A DNA stretch of 64,000 nucleotides from an uncultured Gemmatimonadales bacterium (GTDB taxonomy: Bacteria > Gemmatimonadota > Gemmatimonadetes > Longimicrobiales > Longimicrobiaceae), in assembly GCA_963716255.1 (NCBI GenBank), contig OY970303.1:6304001-6368000 (forward strand), in the 5' to 3' direction. Positions 27,629 to 45,131 of this stretch are shown here, one piece after another. The position numbers and the translations under genes are program-made. How positions within the stretch are numbered: position 1 is the stretch's first letter; the number at the start of each line of letters is the position of its first letter. Under the pieces are notes generated by a model that was not told the DNA's origin, made no database searches, and saw only the letters and a program-made list of their open reading frames with translations.

Positions 27629-29015
27629 ATGAGGTCTCGCCAGGAAGTCGGAATGGCGGTGGCGTACGCCATCGCGGACCTCGCGGGCAGGGAGGTCGCG
27701 CTGGGGGCCAAGGTCACGGCGAACTTCCCGGAGCCGCTCGCGTGGGCCTACGACACCTCGGCCACGGCGTACGACACGCGCACGGCGGCGGTGAACCTCC
27801 TCCAGGGATCCTCGGAGGGCGGTCCGAAGACGGGGAGCGAGCTGTACCTCACCTACGTCCCCACGGCTGCGTGCATCGGGATGGCGGCGATGCTCGGGAT
27901 CAAGGCGCTCTACTTCGTCCAGGGCGGAGGGATCCACAAGCTGGCCCTGGCCGGCGGGGCCCCGGCGCTGGCCGCCGCCACTCCCGTGAACCTGAACCCC
28001 GGCGGGGCCGAGCGCATCCACCCGCCCATCCCCGACGTCGGCGACGGGGGGAGGGGGCGGCTGGCTGGCGGCGGGTCCGTTCAACCGCAGGAGGCTCGCG
28101 GGCGCGTGGGTGGACGCGCTCCCCGGCGCGCCGGCCGCCAACGCGCGGCTTCTCGCGGGGCACGTGGACCGCGTGGCCACCGTGACCGGCGTGGATCACG
28201 ACCCGGACTTCACGATGAGCGTGCCGACCCAGGCGGTGGGAGGGGTGCGCGCCGTGTTCCGGAACCGGCTGTTCATGGCGCTGGCGCGCGTGCTGGTGTC
28301 CCGGAACTGGCAGCCGCAGGCGCCGAGCGCGCTGAACCTGGACCTCCGCCAGGCGCTCGCGGGGTCCCGGGTGGCGCCGGGAAAGAACATCGGGGCGGTG
28401 CTGGTGAGCGCGACCAACCAGATCATCGGCTGGGGCGTGAACACCAACGATGCCCGCTCCACCCGGCACGCCGAGACCAACGCCATCCAGGCGTTCCAGC
28501 GGGAGGCGGGGACCGCGATCCCGGCCGGAGCGACCCTCTACTCGACGCTGGAGCCCTGCTACATGTGCGCCGGCCTGTTCGTGCACGCCGGCGGAACCAG
28601 CTGCGTGTACGAGCAGACCGACCCCGACATGGTGGGCAACACGGCGCTCTACACCACCCCCGGGGCGAACCTCCTGAAGCACGTGGAGGCGTATTCCGGG
28701 GCGGTGGACGTGGTGGACCGGGTCCCGGTCCCGCGGGCCCCCACGGTGAGGACGATGGGACAGGCGCTGGACGATGGGCTCGTGCGGTTCCGCCAGCAGG
28801 TGGGCGTGGGCCAGCGCGCCACCGCCGCGGACTACCTGCGCAGCGGGAACCCCGCGTACGAGGTCTACAGCCGGGCGCACGAGCGGCTGGTCGTGGCGGG
28901 GATGGGAGCGCAGAACTTCGCCGAGCGCACGCTCTGGCAGGAGGTGCTGGACTTCCTGCGCAGGGGACACGCGGGGGAGGTGGGACTGCAGCCGCACCTG
29001 ATGATGATCGACTGA
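27629..29015 (+). CDS. Bd3614-like nucleic-acid deaminase (degenerate N-terminal plus intact C-terminal deaminase domain); frameshift in G runs at ~28046-28057
   Basis: aggag RBS before ATG 27629; C-domain HAETN..TLYSTLEPCYMC; N-domain TAAVNLLQG..LYLTYVPTAAC. Confidence 0.7.
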
Positions 29016-29066
29016 GGCGGCCCGGCACCCCGGCTCCAGGACGGCAGTACGGAACACGGAACGACA

Positions 29067-29100
29067 GCGCCCCACCGGGAGAGAACTCCCGGTGGGGCGC
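29067..29100. terminator. GC-rich hairpin between the convergent deaminase and NRPS genes
   Basis: gcgccccaccgggag-agaa-ctcccggtggggcgc perfect 15-bp stem; no U tract. Confidence 0.5.
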
Positions 29101-29105
29101 CGTCT

Positions 29106-29234
29106 GCGTGAGGGATTACGGCCCGAAGGGGCGAGACCGCGCGGCTGTTTGCGCGGGCTCGACTCCGTTGCAGACGGTCGTTTCGTCTGCTACGGAGCCG
29201 AAGCCCGACCCCGGCGCCAGCCGGGGGCACGCCC
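29106..29234 (+). repeat. Structured repeat family A, copy 5
   Basis: Same scaffold; stems ccgcgc/gcgcgg and gcagacg/cgtctgc. Confidence 0.95.
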
Positions 29235-29246
29235 GACCCGGCTGTT

Positions 29247-36974
<7,728 letters not shown>

Positions 36975-37166
36975 GCTCTAGCCTCCCCCGTGTCTGTCCC
37001 GCGGCGCGGGCACGCGCCACGCCGCATTCCGTGTCTGAAAGGGTGCGCCATCCCGGCGCGACGGCCGCGGGCCCGTCCCGTACGCGGGAGGGCCGCACGT
37101 CCGGGGCACGCCCGGACCTGCCGATCCCGGGAATCTAATCGAACGCGGCGGATTCCGCGCGAATGG

Positions 37167-37218
37167 CCCTCACCCGGCGGCCTTGGAGCCGCCACCCTCT
37201 CCCGATTCCGGGAAAGGG
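37167..37218 (+). repeat. REP-like family D copy (variant)
   Basis: ccctcacccggcggccttggagccgccaccctctcccgattccgggaaaggg. Confidence 0.8.
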
Positions 37219-37253
37219 AGAAACTGCTGGATCTTGCGGCTACTCCGGCAGTT

Positions 37254-37386
37254 GCGTGAGGGATTACGGCCCGAAGGGGCGAGACCCGGCGGGGCTATTT
37301 CCGCCGGGGCTCGACTCCGTCGGCGAGCGTTGTTTGCTCGCTTACGGAGCCGAAGCCCGACCCCGGCGCCAGCCGGGGGCACGCCC
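37254..37386 (+). repeat. Structured repeat family A, copy 6
   Basis: Same scaffold; closest to copy 2, including the upstream D module. Confidence 0.95.
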
Positions 37387-37435
37387 GAACCTGCCGTCCG
37401 CTGTCCCGCAGTCCGCCGTTCCGTATCCGTAAAGC

Positions 37436-39178
37436 TCAGCCGCCCGCCTGCGCCAGCATCTGCTGTGTGATGTCCGTGGGCGGGATCTTGAGGGCGATCA
37501 CCGAGGGCCCGTCCCGGTTTTCCAGCGCCTTCGCAAGCGCGTCCTCCAGCTCTGCCATGTTGTTCACCGTGGCCCCCCACCCGCCGCGGAAGACCTCCAC
37601 CAGCTTGGGGTAGTCCCAGCCGTGCAGCAGGTCGAACTCCTCCGGCGGCTCCCCCTGGGTGAAGTACTTGGCGTTCACGAACGCCTGCTCGATCCCGTAC
37701 AGCTCGTTGTCGAAGATGAAGACGATGGCGCCCTGCCTGGCCCGCGCCACGTCCGAGAGCGTCTGGCACACCATCTGGAAGCCGCCGTCGCCGGTGAACA
37801 CCACCGCCCGCCGCGACGGGTCCGCGAAGCCCACCCCCAGGCACGCGCCGGTGGTGTAGCCGATGGAGTTCCACGCCGCCTGCGCGATGAACCCGTCCCG
37901 CCGCCGCACCGGGAGCTCCGCCGCCGAGTACAGGGCGATGCTGGTGTCCGCCATGAGGACCATGGACTCGTCCACCCAGTCCTGCATCCGCCGGAAGAAG
38001 GCGTCGTAGCTCACCGGCTCCGGGGCGCCGGGGGCCGCCTTGGCCCGCAGCAGGAAGGCGTGCTCGGGCGCTCCCGCGGCGGCCAGCAGTCCCACCGCGT
38101 CCTCCGGCGCGCCGTACTTGCGCTCGCGCAGGCGCCGCAGCAGCTGCTGCATGAAGTCGCGCAGCGGCACGCAGTCCCACACGTCGGTGCCCACGCGCAC
38201 CGAGTTGTTCCACGCCAGCGACATGGTGCCGTAGCTCTTCTTCACCAGGTCCAGGAAGTCGTCCGTGACCAGGTTCCCCAGCCCCAGCAGCCAGTCCGCC
38301 GTTTCCACCAGCCGCCTCGTCTTGGGGTTGGCGGATGCGCCGTCGTACACGCCCACGAAGCCGGGCGCGTCCTCCGGGAGCACGCTCTTGCCCAGCAGGT
38401 CGGTGGCGAAGGGGAAGCCGGTCTCCGCCACCAGCTCCTCCAGCAGGTCCTGCAGGCCGAAGCGCTGCACCTCCACCCCCGCCCAGATCACCGGCCGCTC
38501 CGCCTTCCACAGGTGCTCCAGGGTGGCGTCCAGCGCCGCGTCCAGCGAGGCCTGCAGGGTGGGGAGCGGCCCCGGCTCCAGCTTGCCGCGCGGCGCCTCG
38601 CACGGCAGCCCCCACACGTTGGCGTACACCTCGATGTAGACGGGCTTCCGCCAGGTCAGGCAGGCGCGCAGCGCCGAGTCGATCTGCCCCGGGGCGCGCA
38701 GCGGGTCCATCACCACCACGCGCGCCACCGTCACGTTCCGCACCGAGTCCTCGTCGGCGCTGAGGGTGCCGGTGGAGTGGTGGAAGAGCACACCCTCGCG
38801 CCGCTCCGTGTTTCGCGAGGCCGAGGCGGGGCTCCCCACCACCAGCACCACCGGGAGCTGCTCCACGTACGACCCGGCGAGCGCGTTGAGCAGGCTGAAG
38901 GTGCCCACCCCGAAGGTGACGCACACCCCACCCACGCCCCGCAGGCGGGCGTACGCGTCGGCCGAGTAGCCGGCCTCCAGCTCGTTGCAGGTGCCCACGC
39001 GGCGGATGCCGATGGACTCGCCCTCGTTGTCGATGGTGGACAGGAAGGTGCCCGCGTAGTCGCCCGGCACGGCGAAGAGGTGCCCCACCCCCAGCTCCGC
39101 CAGGCGCTGCGCCAGGTAGCGGGCCACGGTGCAGCCGCCCTTGGCGGCGGCGGCGGCGGCCTTGTCGGCGGCGCTCAC
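37436..39178 (-). CDS. ThDP-dependent alpha-keto acid decarboxylase (indolepyruvate/pyruvate decarboxylase family)
   Basis: LFAVPGDY, CNELEAGYSADAYAR, FHHS, SIGY, GDGGFQM..FDN.LYGIE; GTGA coupling to the upstream gene. Confidence 0.9.
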   Translation of the reverse strand: MSAADKAAAAAAKGGCTVARYLAQRLAELGVGHLFAVPGDYAGTFLSTIDNEGESIGIRRVGTCNELEAGYSADAYARLRGVGGVCVTFGVGTFSLLNALAGSYVEQLPVVLVVGSPASASRNTERREGVLFHHSTGTLSADEDSVRNVTVARVVVMDPLRAPGQIDSALRACLTWRKPVYIEVYANVWGLPCEAPRGKLEPGPLPTLQASLDAALDATLEHLWKAERPVIWAGVEVQRFGLQDLLEELVAETGFPFATDLLGKSVLPEDAPGFVGVYDGASANPKTRRLVETADWLLGLGNLVTDDFLDLVKKSYGTMSLAWNNSVRVGTDVWDCVPLRDFMQQLLRRLRERKYGAPEDAVGLLAAAGAPEHAFLLRAKAAPGAPEPVSYDAFFRRMQDWVDESMVLMADTSIALYSAAELPVRRRDGFIAQAAWNSIGYTTGACLGVGFADPSRRAVVFTGDGGFQMVCQTLSDVARARQGAIVFIFDNELYGIEQAFVNAKYFTQGEPPEEFDLLHGWDYPKLVEVFRGGWGATVNNMAELEDALAKALENRDGPSVIALKIPPTDITQQMLAQAGG

Positions 39179-40875
39179 GGCCCCATCTCCGTGTCGTAGT
39201 ACTTGCGCGGGATGAAGTCCGGCCGCTTCAGCCCGAAGTGCTCCTTGAGCATCAGCTCCGCCGTCTGGAGCGCGCCCTCCACCCACCCCTGGCCGATGGA
39301 GTACGCCTCGCCGCACACGTGCACCTTCTCGCCCGGGATGCCGCGCATGAGCGGCATGATCTCCCAGAACTTCTCCCCCGCCTTCCAGGCGTGCCAGCCG
39401 GCGCCGTACGGGTCCTCGCCCCAGTCGTGGTACACGGCGGTGTACGGCTCGGGGACGAACTTGAGGCCGTGCACCTCCCTGACCTGCTCCTGCGCCGTCT
39501 GCACCATCTCCTGGCTGATCTGGAACTCGTGCGGGGCCACCGGCGCCTCCCCCTTGAGGAAGTAGTCGCGCCCGGGCTTCGCCGGGTCGTCGGCGGCCTC
39601 GGAGTTCTGCGTGCGCCCCCGGAAGCGCGGGCCCGCCTCCAGCGCCTTCCAGAACGGCACGCTCCCCAGGTCGTTGTAGCTCACCATCAGCAGCGAGTTG
39701 TGGTTGTCGGGCTCGCCGCCCATCTCGCTTTCCGTCTGGAAGTAGTACGTCTGGCGGATGGGCATGTCGGTGATGGTGCGGCCCGCCTCCACGCCCAGCG
39801 CGCGCCACCACGGGTAGGGGTAGCCCAGGAACATCTTGAACGCGGCCTGGCTGATGACCGCCTCCACGCGCTTCCTCAGCGTGGGCTCCCCCGGCGCGGC
39901 GCCCTCGTCGTCCAGCCTGTTCCAGCGGATCAGCTCGATGGAGCGCCGCGGCAGCGCGAGCACCACCCGCTCGGCGTCCAGGTGCGCCTCCGGGCGCCCG
40001 TCGCGGTCCTGCGTCCTGCCGCACTCGTCCGTTTCCGTCTTCACGAAGCAGAGCGCGTAGTCGCCGTCCGCGCCCCGCCGCCCGAACGAGTCCAGCCGGT
40101 GGTTCATGCGGATCTCGCCGCCCAGCTTCACGAACTCGGCGGCCAGGGTGCGCGGCAGCTCCTCGAAGCCCTGGTCCAGCGTGAAGTACTTGTTGCTGGG
40201 GTCGTACTCGGTGATGGGGAGCGAGAGCGGCGCGGTGGAGTTGGCCACGTTGGTGTAGTAGCCGCTCGCGTCGTACATGTACTGGTACGCCTCGCTGCTC
40301 AGCACCCGGTAGAGCAGGTTCCAGAAGCCGATCTGGTACAGCGGGGTGCCGTTGAGCACCTTGACCGTCCACCAGTCCTGGGCGCTCAGCTCGCTGTTGA
40401 AGGGCAGCAGGCTGTTCATCACGTAGGCCTGGAGCTGGTCGGGGTTCATCCCCTGCTCGTCCGGGTTCATCAGGTACGGCACCATCGCCGGGTCGGTCAG
40501 GTCCTTCACCCGGAGCTGGCGCCGCCGCAGGTACATGAGGTTGTTGATCCCGCCGTCCGGCCCCATGGGGAACTCGCGCGTGGCGAGGCCCAGCTGCTCG
40601 ATGAGCCCCACCACGATCTCGTGCGACCTGAGCCAGCGCATCCCGCCCAGCTCCGCCTTGATGTGCGGCATCCCCGGCATGGGAAAGCTGTACAGCCGCC
40701 CGCCGATCCGGTTGCCGTACTCGAACAGGGCCACCTTGAGCTTCTTGTTCGCCTGCTTCAGGCGCCACGCCGTGTACACGCCCGACACGCCGCCGCCGAT
40801 CACGGCGACGTCGTAGCGCTTCTCGCCCTTGTCGAACGGCTCGAAGGGCTGGTGGTTGAGGATGCGTCTGCTCAC
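39175..40875 (-). CDS. Flavin-dependent amine/L-amino acid oxidase
   Basis: VIGGGVSG, RIGGRL, ELGGMRW, KMFLGY..PWW, CGEAYS..QGWVEGAL. Confidence 0.85.
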   Translation of the reverse strand: MSRRILNHQPFEPFDKGEKRYDVAVIGGGVSGVYTAWRLKQANKKLKVALFEYGNRIGGRLYSFPMPGMPHIKAELGGMRWLRSHEIVVGLIEQLGLATREFPMGPDGGINNLMYLRRRQLRVKDLTDPAMVPYLMNPDEQGMNPDQLQAYVMNSLLPFNSELSAQDWWTVKVLNGTPLYQIGFWNLLYRVLSSEAYQYMYDASGYYTNVANSTAPLSLPITEYDPSNKYFTLDQGFEELPRTLAAEFVKLGGEIRMNHRLDSFGRRGADGDYALCFVKTETDECGRTQDRDGRPEAHLDAERVVLALPRRSIELIRWNRLDDEGAAPGEPTLRKRVEAVISQAAFKMFLGYPYPWWRALGVEAGRTITDMPIRQTYYFQTESEMGGEPDNHNSLLMVSYNDLGSVPFWKALEAGPRFRGRTQNSEAADDPAKPGRDYFLKGEAPVAPHEFQISQEMVQTAQEQVREVHGLKFVPEPYTAVYHDWGEDPYGAGWHAWKAGEKFWEIMPLMRGIPGEKVHVCGEAYSIGQGWVEGALQTAELMLKEHFGLKRPDFIPRKYYDTEMGP

Positions 40876-41008
40876 GGGGTGCTTCCTTTCCGATTGGGGT
40901 GGGGCAGGCGGCCGGCGGGGTGAATCGTGGGACGGGGAGAGGATACGGAACGCGACAGGAGGTGGCAAGGAAACTCCTGTTGCGACGGCTTTCGGCGGAC
41001 GGGGGTTC

Positions 41009-41139
41009 GGGCGTGTCCCCGGCTGGCGCCGGGGTCGGGCTTCGGCTCCGTAGGGCTGCAAACAACGCAGCCCAACGGAGTCGAGCCCCCGCGAAACTGC
41101 CCGCGGGGTCTCGCCCCTCCGGGCCGAAATCCCTCACGC
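41009..41139 (-). repeat. Structured repeat family A, copy 7
   Basis: Reverse complement of the scaffold; stem gggctgc/gcagccc. Confidence 0.95.
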
Positions 41140-41163
41140 GGGGCTCGCGCTGGCGTCCGCGGG

Positions 41164-41285
41164 CCCCCACCCGGCTCGCTTGAGGCTCGCCACCCTCCCC
41201 CAATTCTGGGGGAGGGCTTCCTGTCCCTCGGGCTCCACGATGTCGTTCTCCCCTCCCCCTTGCGGGGAGGGGCCGGGGGAGGGGG
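41164..41285. repeat. REP-like family D copy plus an inverted CCCTCCCCC-type hairpin unit
   Basis: 41164-41216 matches 4144-4198; 41247-41285 resembles 1247-1290. Confidence 0.85.
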
Positions 41286-41292
41286 TCCGTCG

Positions 41293-42186
41293 TTACGACA
41301 GCGAGCGCATCACCCCGGGCACTTCGTCCAGCAGCTCGCGGGCGAGGAAGCCCAGCGGCCCCACGCGCCTCGCCAGCACGTTCCCCGCGCCGCCGTGCAG
41401 CGCCACGCCCCAGAGCGCCGCCCGCAGCGGGTCCGCGCCGCGGGCCGCCAGCCCGGCCACGATCCCCGCAAGCGTGTCGCCGGAGCCGGAGGTGGCCAGC
41501 CCCACGCCGCCCGACGCGTAGCGGAAGGCTTCGCCGTCCGGCGCCGCCACGTGGGTCGCGCTCCCCTTGAGCGCCACCACGCAGCGCAGCTCCGCCGCCG
41601 CCCGCCGGGCCGTGGCGAGCGGGTCGTCCGCGACCTCCTCCTTGGTCATCCCCAGCAGGCTCGCCATCTCGCCGGCGTGCGGCGTCACCACGGCGCGCCC
41701 CCGCAGCCGGTGCAGCGCGTCCCGCGTGCCGGCGAGGCACGCCATGGCCTCGGCGTCCAGCACCACCACGCCGTCCTCCACCTCCGCCAGCAGGCGCCGG
41801 GTCAGCGCGGCGGTCGCCTCCGGGTCCACCATCCCCGGGCCCACCAGCAGCGCGTGGGCCCCGCGGACCCACTCCGCCAGCCCCGCGGCGGCGTCCGGAG
41901 CGACCCCCCCGGCCTCCGTCGCCGCGAGCGCGCGCACCCGCGCCTCCGGCACCGTCACCGCCACCATCCCCGCCACCTCCGCGACGGTGGCGAGCTGGAG
42001 CTTGCCCGCGCCGGCCCGCAGCGCGGCGACCCCGGCCAGCACCAGCGCCCCCGGCATCTCCGCCGCGCCGCCCACCACCAGCACCCGGCCGCGATCCTCC
42101 TTGTCGCCGCGGTCGTCGGGGCGGGGGAGGGGGAGCCGGCGGAGCAGGGCGGGGGTGACGGCGCGCGCGCGCCCGGCCGCGCTCAC
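41293..42186 (-). CDS. nnrD: NAD(P)H-hydrate dehydratase (stand-alone)
   Basis: K..RGRVLVVGG, ALRAGAG, VGPG, VLDA, TPHAGEM, LKG, LATSGSGDTLAG. Confidence 0.85.
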   Translation of the reverse strand: MSAAGRARAVTPALLRRLPLPRPDDRGDKEDRGRVLVVGGAAEMPGALVLAGVAALRAGAGKLQLATVAEVAGMVAVTVPEARVRALAATEAGGVAPDAAAGLAEWVRGAHALLVGPGMVDPEATAALTRRLLAEVEDGVVVLDAEAMACLAGTRDALHRLRGRAVVTPHAGEMASLLGMTKEEVADDPLATARRAAAELRCVVALKGSATHVAAPDGEAFRYASGGVGLATSGSGDTLAGIVAGLAARGADPLRAALWGVALHGGAGNVLARRVGPLGFLARELLDEVPGVMRSLS

Positions 42187-42950
42187 CGGGCGGCCACCGC
42201 GGCGTCCGGCTCCGAGGTGACGGGCGTCCCCTCCTCCAGGAGCGGCGCCACGAAGTTGTACGCCTCCAGCCGCATCTTCCCCTGGCGGCCCAGCGACGGA
42301 TCGAAGCGGTACGAGGTGACGGAGCAGTTGGCGACGTCGCCCGCCCGGTCGATGGCCAGGATCTCGTCCTCGGTGAGGCACTCCAGCAGGTAGCGCAGGC
42401 ACAGCACGATCACCTGGTGGCACACGATCAGGACCCGCTCGCCGCGGTGGTGCAGCGAGATGGTGTCCAGCGAGCTGCGCAGCCGCAGGATCACGTCGCA
42501 CCAGCTTTCCCCGCCGGGCGGCCGGTGGTAGAACTTGCCCAGCAGGCGGCGGAACTCGGCCTGGTCCGGGTGGCGCTGCTCGATGCCGAAGCGCGTCAGC
42601 CGGTCCAGGATGCCGAACTCCTTTTCGCGCAGGCGCTCGTCCACGGTGAAGCCGTCGGCGTCGCCGGCCAGGCCGCCCTGGTCGCGCATCAGCTCGGCGG
42701 TGTGGCGGGCGCGCAGGTAGGGCGACACCAGCACCACGGTGGGCCTGCGGTCCTCCGGGAGCGCGGCGAACCAGCGCCCCACCGAGCGCGCCTGCCGCTC
42801 GCCCAGCGCGCTCAGCGGCACGTCCACGTCGCGCATGGCGATGTCGATGACCGGGTACCCCGCGGCGTCCGCCGCGTCGCGGGCCACGTTCCCCGCGCTC
42901 TCCCCGTGCCGCACGATCCACAGCTCGTCCGGCCACCTCTGGTCCGTCAT
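42183..42950 (-). CDS. Histidine phosphatase family protein
   Basis: VRHGES, SPYLRA..TA, LREKEFG, GES, VCH. Confidence 0.9.
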   Translation of the reverse strand: MTDQRWPDELWIVRHGESAGNVARDAADAAGYPVIDIAMRDVDVPLSALGERQARSVGRWFAALPEDRRPTVVLVSPYLRARHTAELMRDQGGLAGDADGFTVDERLREKEFGILDRLTRFGIEQRHPDQAEFRRLLGKFYHRPPGGESWCDVILRLRSSLDTISLHHRGERVLIVCHQVIVLCLRYLLECLTEDEILAIDRAGDVANCSVTSYRFDPSLGRQGKMRLEAYNFVAPLLEEGTPVTSEPDAAVAAR

Positions 42951-43114
42951 CCTTTCCCCCGGTCCGCGGTTTCCCCTGGCGCTCCGTCGTCCGCGGTACG
43001 TCGGGTCAAGGAGCATACCAGCCGCGCCGGCGCGCCGGGTTGCGCCCCGCGCCGCCCCCTCCCTACCTTGCGGCTCGCCCGGCTTTTCCCGCGTTCACCT
43101 TCGCCCCCCGCGGC

Positions 43115-43552
43115 ATGCGCGTCGTCCTCCAGCGAGTCGCCGGCGCCCGCGTCACCGTGGACGGGCGCGTGGTCGGCGAGATCGGCCGCGGCCTGCTCCT
43201 GCTCGCCGGCTTCACCGACGGCGACACCGCGGAAACGCTCCGCTGGATGGCGGACAAGGTGGTGGGGCTGCGCGTCTTCACCGACGCGGAAGGGAAGATG
43301 AACCGGTCGGTGGAGGAGGTGGACGGCGCCGTGCTGGTGGTGTCGCAGTTCACGCTGTACGGGGACGCGCGCAGGGGGCGCCGCCCCAGCTTCGTGGAGG
43401 CCGCCCGCCCGGAGGTCGCCGTCCCGCTGTACGAGAGCTTCGTGGCGCTGCTGCGCGCCGCCGGCCGCCCGGTTGCGACCGGCGAGTTCGGGGCGATGAT
43501 GCAGGTGGAGCTGACCAACGACGGCCCGGTGACGCTGGTGCTGGAGCGCTGA
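43115..43552 (+). CDS. dtd: D-aminoacyl-tRNA deacylase
   Basis: [32 protein letters not shown]. Confidence 0.95.
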   Translation: MRVVLQRVAGARVTVDGRVVGEIGRGLLLLAGFTDGDTAETLRWMADKVVGLRVFTDAEGKMNRSVEEVDGAVLVVSQFTLYGDARRGRRPSFVEAARPEVAVPLYESFVALLRAAGRPVATGEFGAMMQVELTNDGPVTLVLER

Positions 43553-43595
43553 CCCGGGCCCGCCTCACACACCCATTCGCGACGGGAGGTGCGCC

Positions 43596-43826
43596 GTGAC
43601 CGAGCTGGACGACCGCGACATCGACAAGGTGTACTCGAAAAAGGACTTCGTCGCCAAGCTGCGCCGCCTCGCGGACGCGCTGGAGGCGGAGAAGCCGTTC
43701 ACCATCCAGGTGGCGGGGGAGCGGATGGTGGTGCCCGTGGACGCCCGGGTGAGCGTGGAGCACGAGCGCACCGGCGGCGAGGACGAGCTGGAGTTCCAGC
43801 TCAGGTGGACGCGCGGAGAGGGCTAA
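43596..43826 (+). CDS. Amphi-Trp domain protein
   Basis: FVAKLRRLADALE..F.IQV.GER..VP..EHE..ELEFQLRW. Confidence 0.8.
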   Translation: MTELDDRDIDKVYSKKDFVAKLRRLADALEAEKPFTIQVAGERMVVPVDARVSVEHERTGGEDELEFQLRWTRGEG

Positions 43827-43848
43827 CGGTCCCGAGGTACGAAGCACG

Positions 43849-43884
43849 AAAAAGCGCCCCCGCCGGGATCTCCCGGCGGGGGCG
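43849..43884 (-). terminator. Intrinsic terminator between convergent genes
   Basis: cgcccccgccggg/cccggcgggggcg stem followed by T5 on the minus strand. Confidence 0.7.
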
Positions 43885-43885
43885 G

Positions 43886-43940
43886 CTCTCACCCGGCTCG
43901 CTTGAGGCTCGCCACCCTCTCCCAATCCTGGGAGAGAGGG
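43886..43940 (+). repeat. REP-like family D copy (no family A partner)
   Basis: Matches 4144-4198. Confidence 0.85.
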
Positions 43941-43967
43941 CACGCCCGAACCCGCCGTCGAAGGATC

Positions 43968-44939
43968 TCAGGTCTGCTGCATGCGCGCGGACTGGATCAG
44001 CCGCTGGCGGGACGTGTTGCCCGGCACGGCGATGTGCGTGGCCGGGTCGAACTCCTTGCCCACCGCCGAGCTTCCCTGCGGCACCCACACCTCCACGCGG
44101 GTGGAGCTGTACCCCGAGGGGATGTAGCGCACGTAGTAGCCGTCCGGGTGCTGCGACCAGCGGCCGGAGGGCACCTCGCGGCTCCCCGGGCCCATCCCCA
44201 CCGCGCCGGTGAGGACGGCGACCGCCTCCAGCTGCTGGAAGGAGGTGGCGGGGTTGATGAGCATCTGCCGGAGCCGGGCTTCGGCCTCCACCACCTGGCG
44301 CACCAGCGGCGGCATGCTGGCCATGGCGCGATCCAGTGCCGGGCCGGGGATCAGGTCCAGGGCGCTGCGGTTGAGTCCGGCGAGCTGGCGCGGCGTCAGC
44401 AGGCGTGACGCGACCGCCTTGTGCTGCGTGGACAGGTCCTCGAACTTGGCGCGGGCAATGATCGCCCACAGCAGCGTCTGGATGTCGTGCTGGTGGATGT
44501 CGGGGTGCTGCACCGAGTTGCGCACGATGGTCCGGACCGCTTCCTCGGCCGGGCCCAGGGGCGGGGCGAACAGGTAGCCGTCGCCGCCGCCGGGGCCGTG
44601 CGTGCCGGCCTTGAGGCAGTAGCTCTGCGACTGGTAGGCGTACGCGCCCGGCTGCAGCACGAAGCCGCCGTTGGGGGTGCGCTGCAGCTGGGCGATGTTC
44701 CGGAACGACTCGCGCGGGCGGAAGGTGTCCAGCGAGTCCACGGCCCACTTGGCGTCCTGCAGGCTGGTGGTGATGGGCGCCCTGCCCTGCAGCAGGCCGC
44801 TGACGTCGGGCATCCGCTCGCCCAGGCGGCCCGCGGCGCCGCGCAGGGCGCCGCCGATCTGCGCCTGGAGCGACGTGGCGCCCAGCAGGAGGGCCATGGA
44901 AAGGAAGCTCGCCTTCCTCACGGACGGGGAGAGCGTCAT
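43968..44939 (-). CDS. Secreted hypothetical protein
   Basis: Signal peptide (..GATSLQA/Q); SYCLKAGTHGP and Q.LLW motifs, weakly thioester-domain-like. Confidence 0.65.
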   Translation of the reverse strand: MTLSPSVRKASFLSMALLLGATSLQAQIGGALRGAAGRLGERMPDVSGLLQGRAPITTSLQDAKWAVDSLDTFRPRESFRNIAQLQRTPNGGFVLQPGAYAYQSQSYCLKAGTHGPGGGDGYLFAPPLGPAEEAVRTIVRNSVQHPDIHQHDIQTLLWAIIARAKFEDLSTQHKAVASRLLTPRQLAGLNRSALDLIPGPALDRAMASMPPLVRQVVEAEARLRQMLINPATSFQQLEAVAVLTGAVGMGPGSREVPSGRWSQHPDGYYVRYIPSGYSSTRVEVWVPQGSSAVGKEFDPATHIAVPGNTSRQRLIQSARMQQT

Positions 44940-45131
44940 CGTTGCCTCGGGGTTGGAAGGTGGCGCGGGTGGAAGGTACGACGTTGAACGATAAGGAGTA
45001 GAACGGACCCGCGCCAGATTTGTTTCCGGCCGGCACGCCTCCGCCGGTCCCTCGCGTTGCGCGCCCCCGCGGCGGCGCCTAGCTTCCCCGCGGACGCCGC
45101 CCCGCCACCCCGGAACCCTGGCCCACGACGC

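Noticed and set aside
39179..41872. N-terminal extension of the 1478-aa ORF (similarly 44940-48044 and 15081-16016)
   Set aside because: Off-frame reads over neighbouring genes and repeats; coupled starts or RBSs mark the shorter real genes
41293..42950. Histidine phosphatase-nnrD coupling as a novel system
   Set aside because: Looks like an ordinary metabolite-repair gene pair with nothing unusual in the sequence
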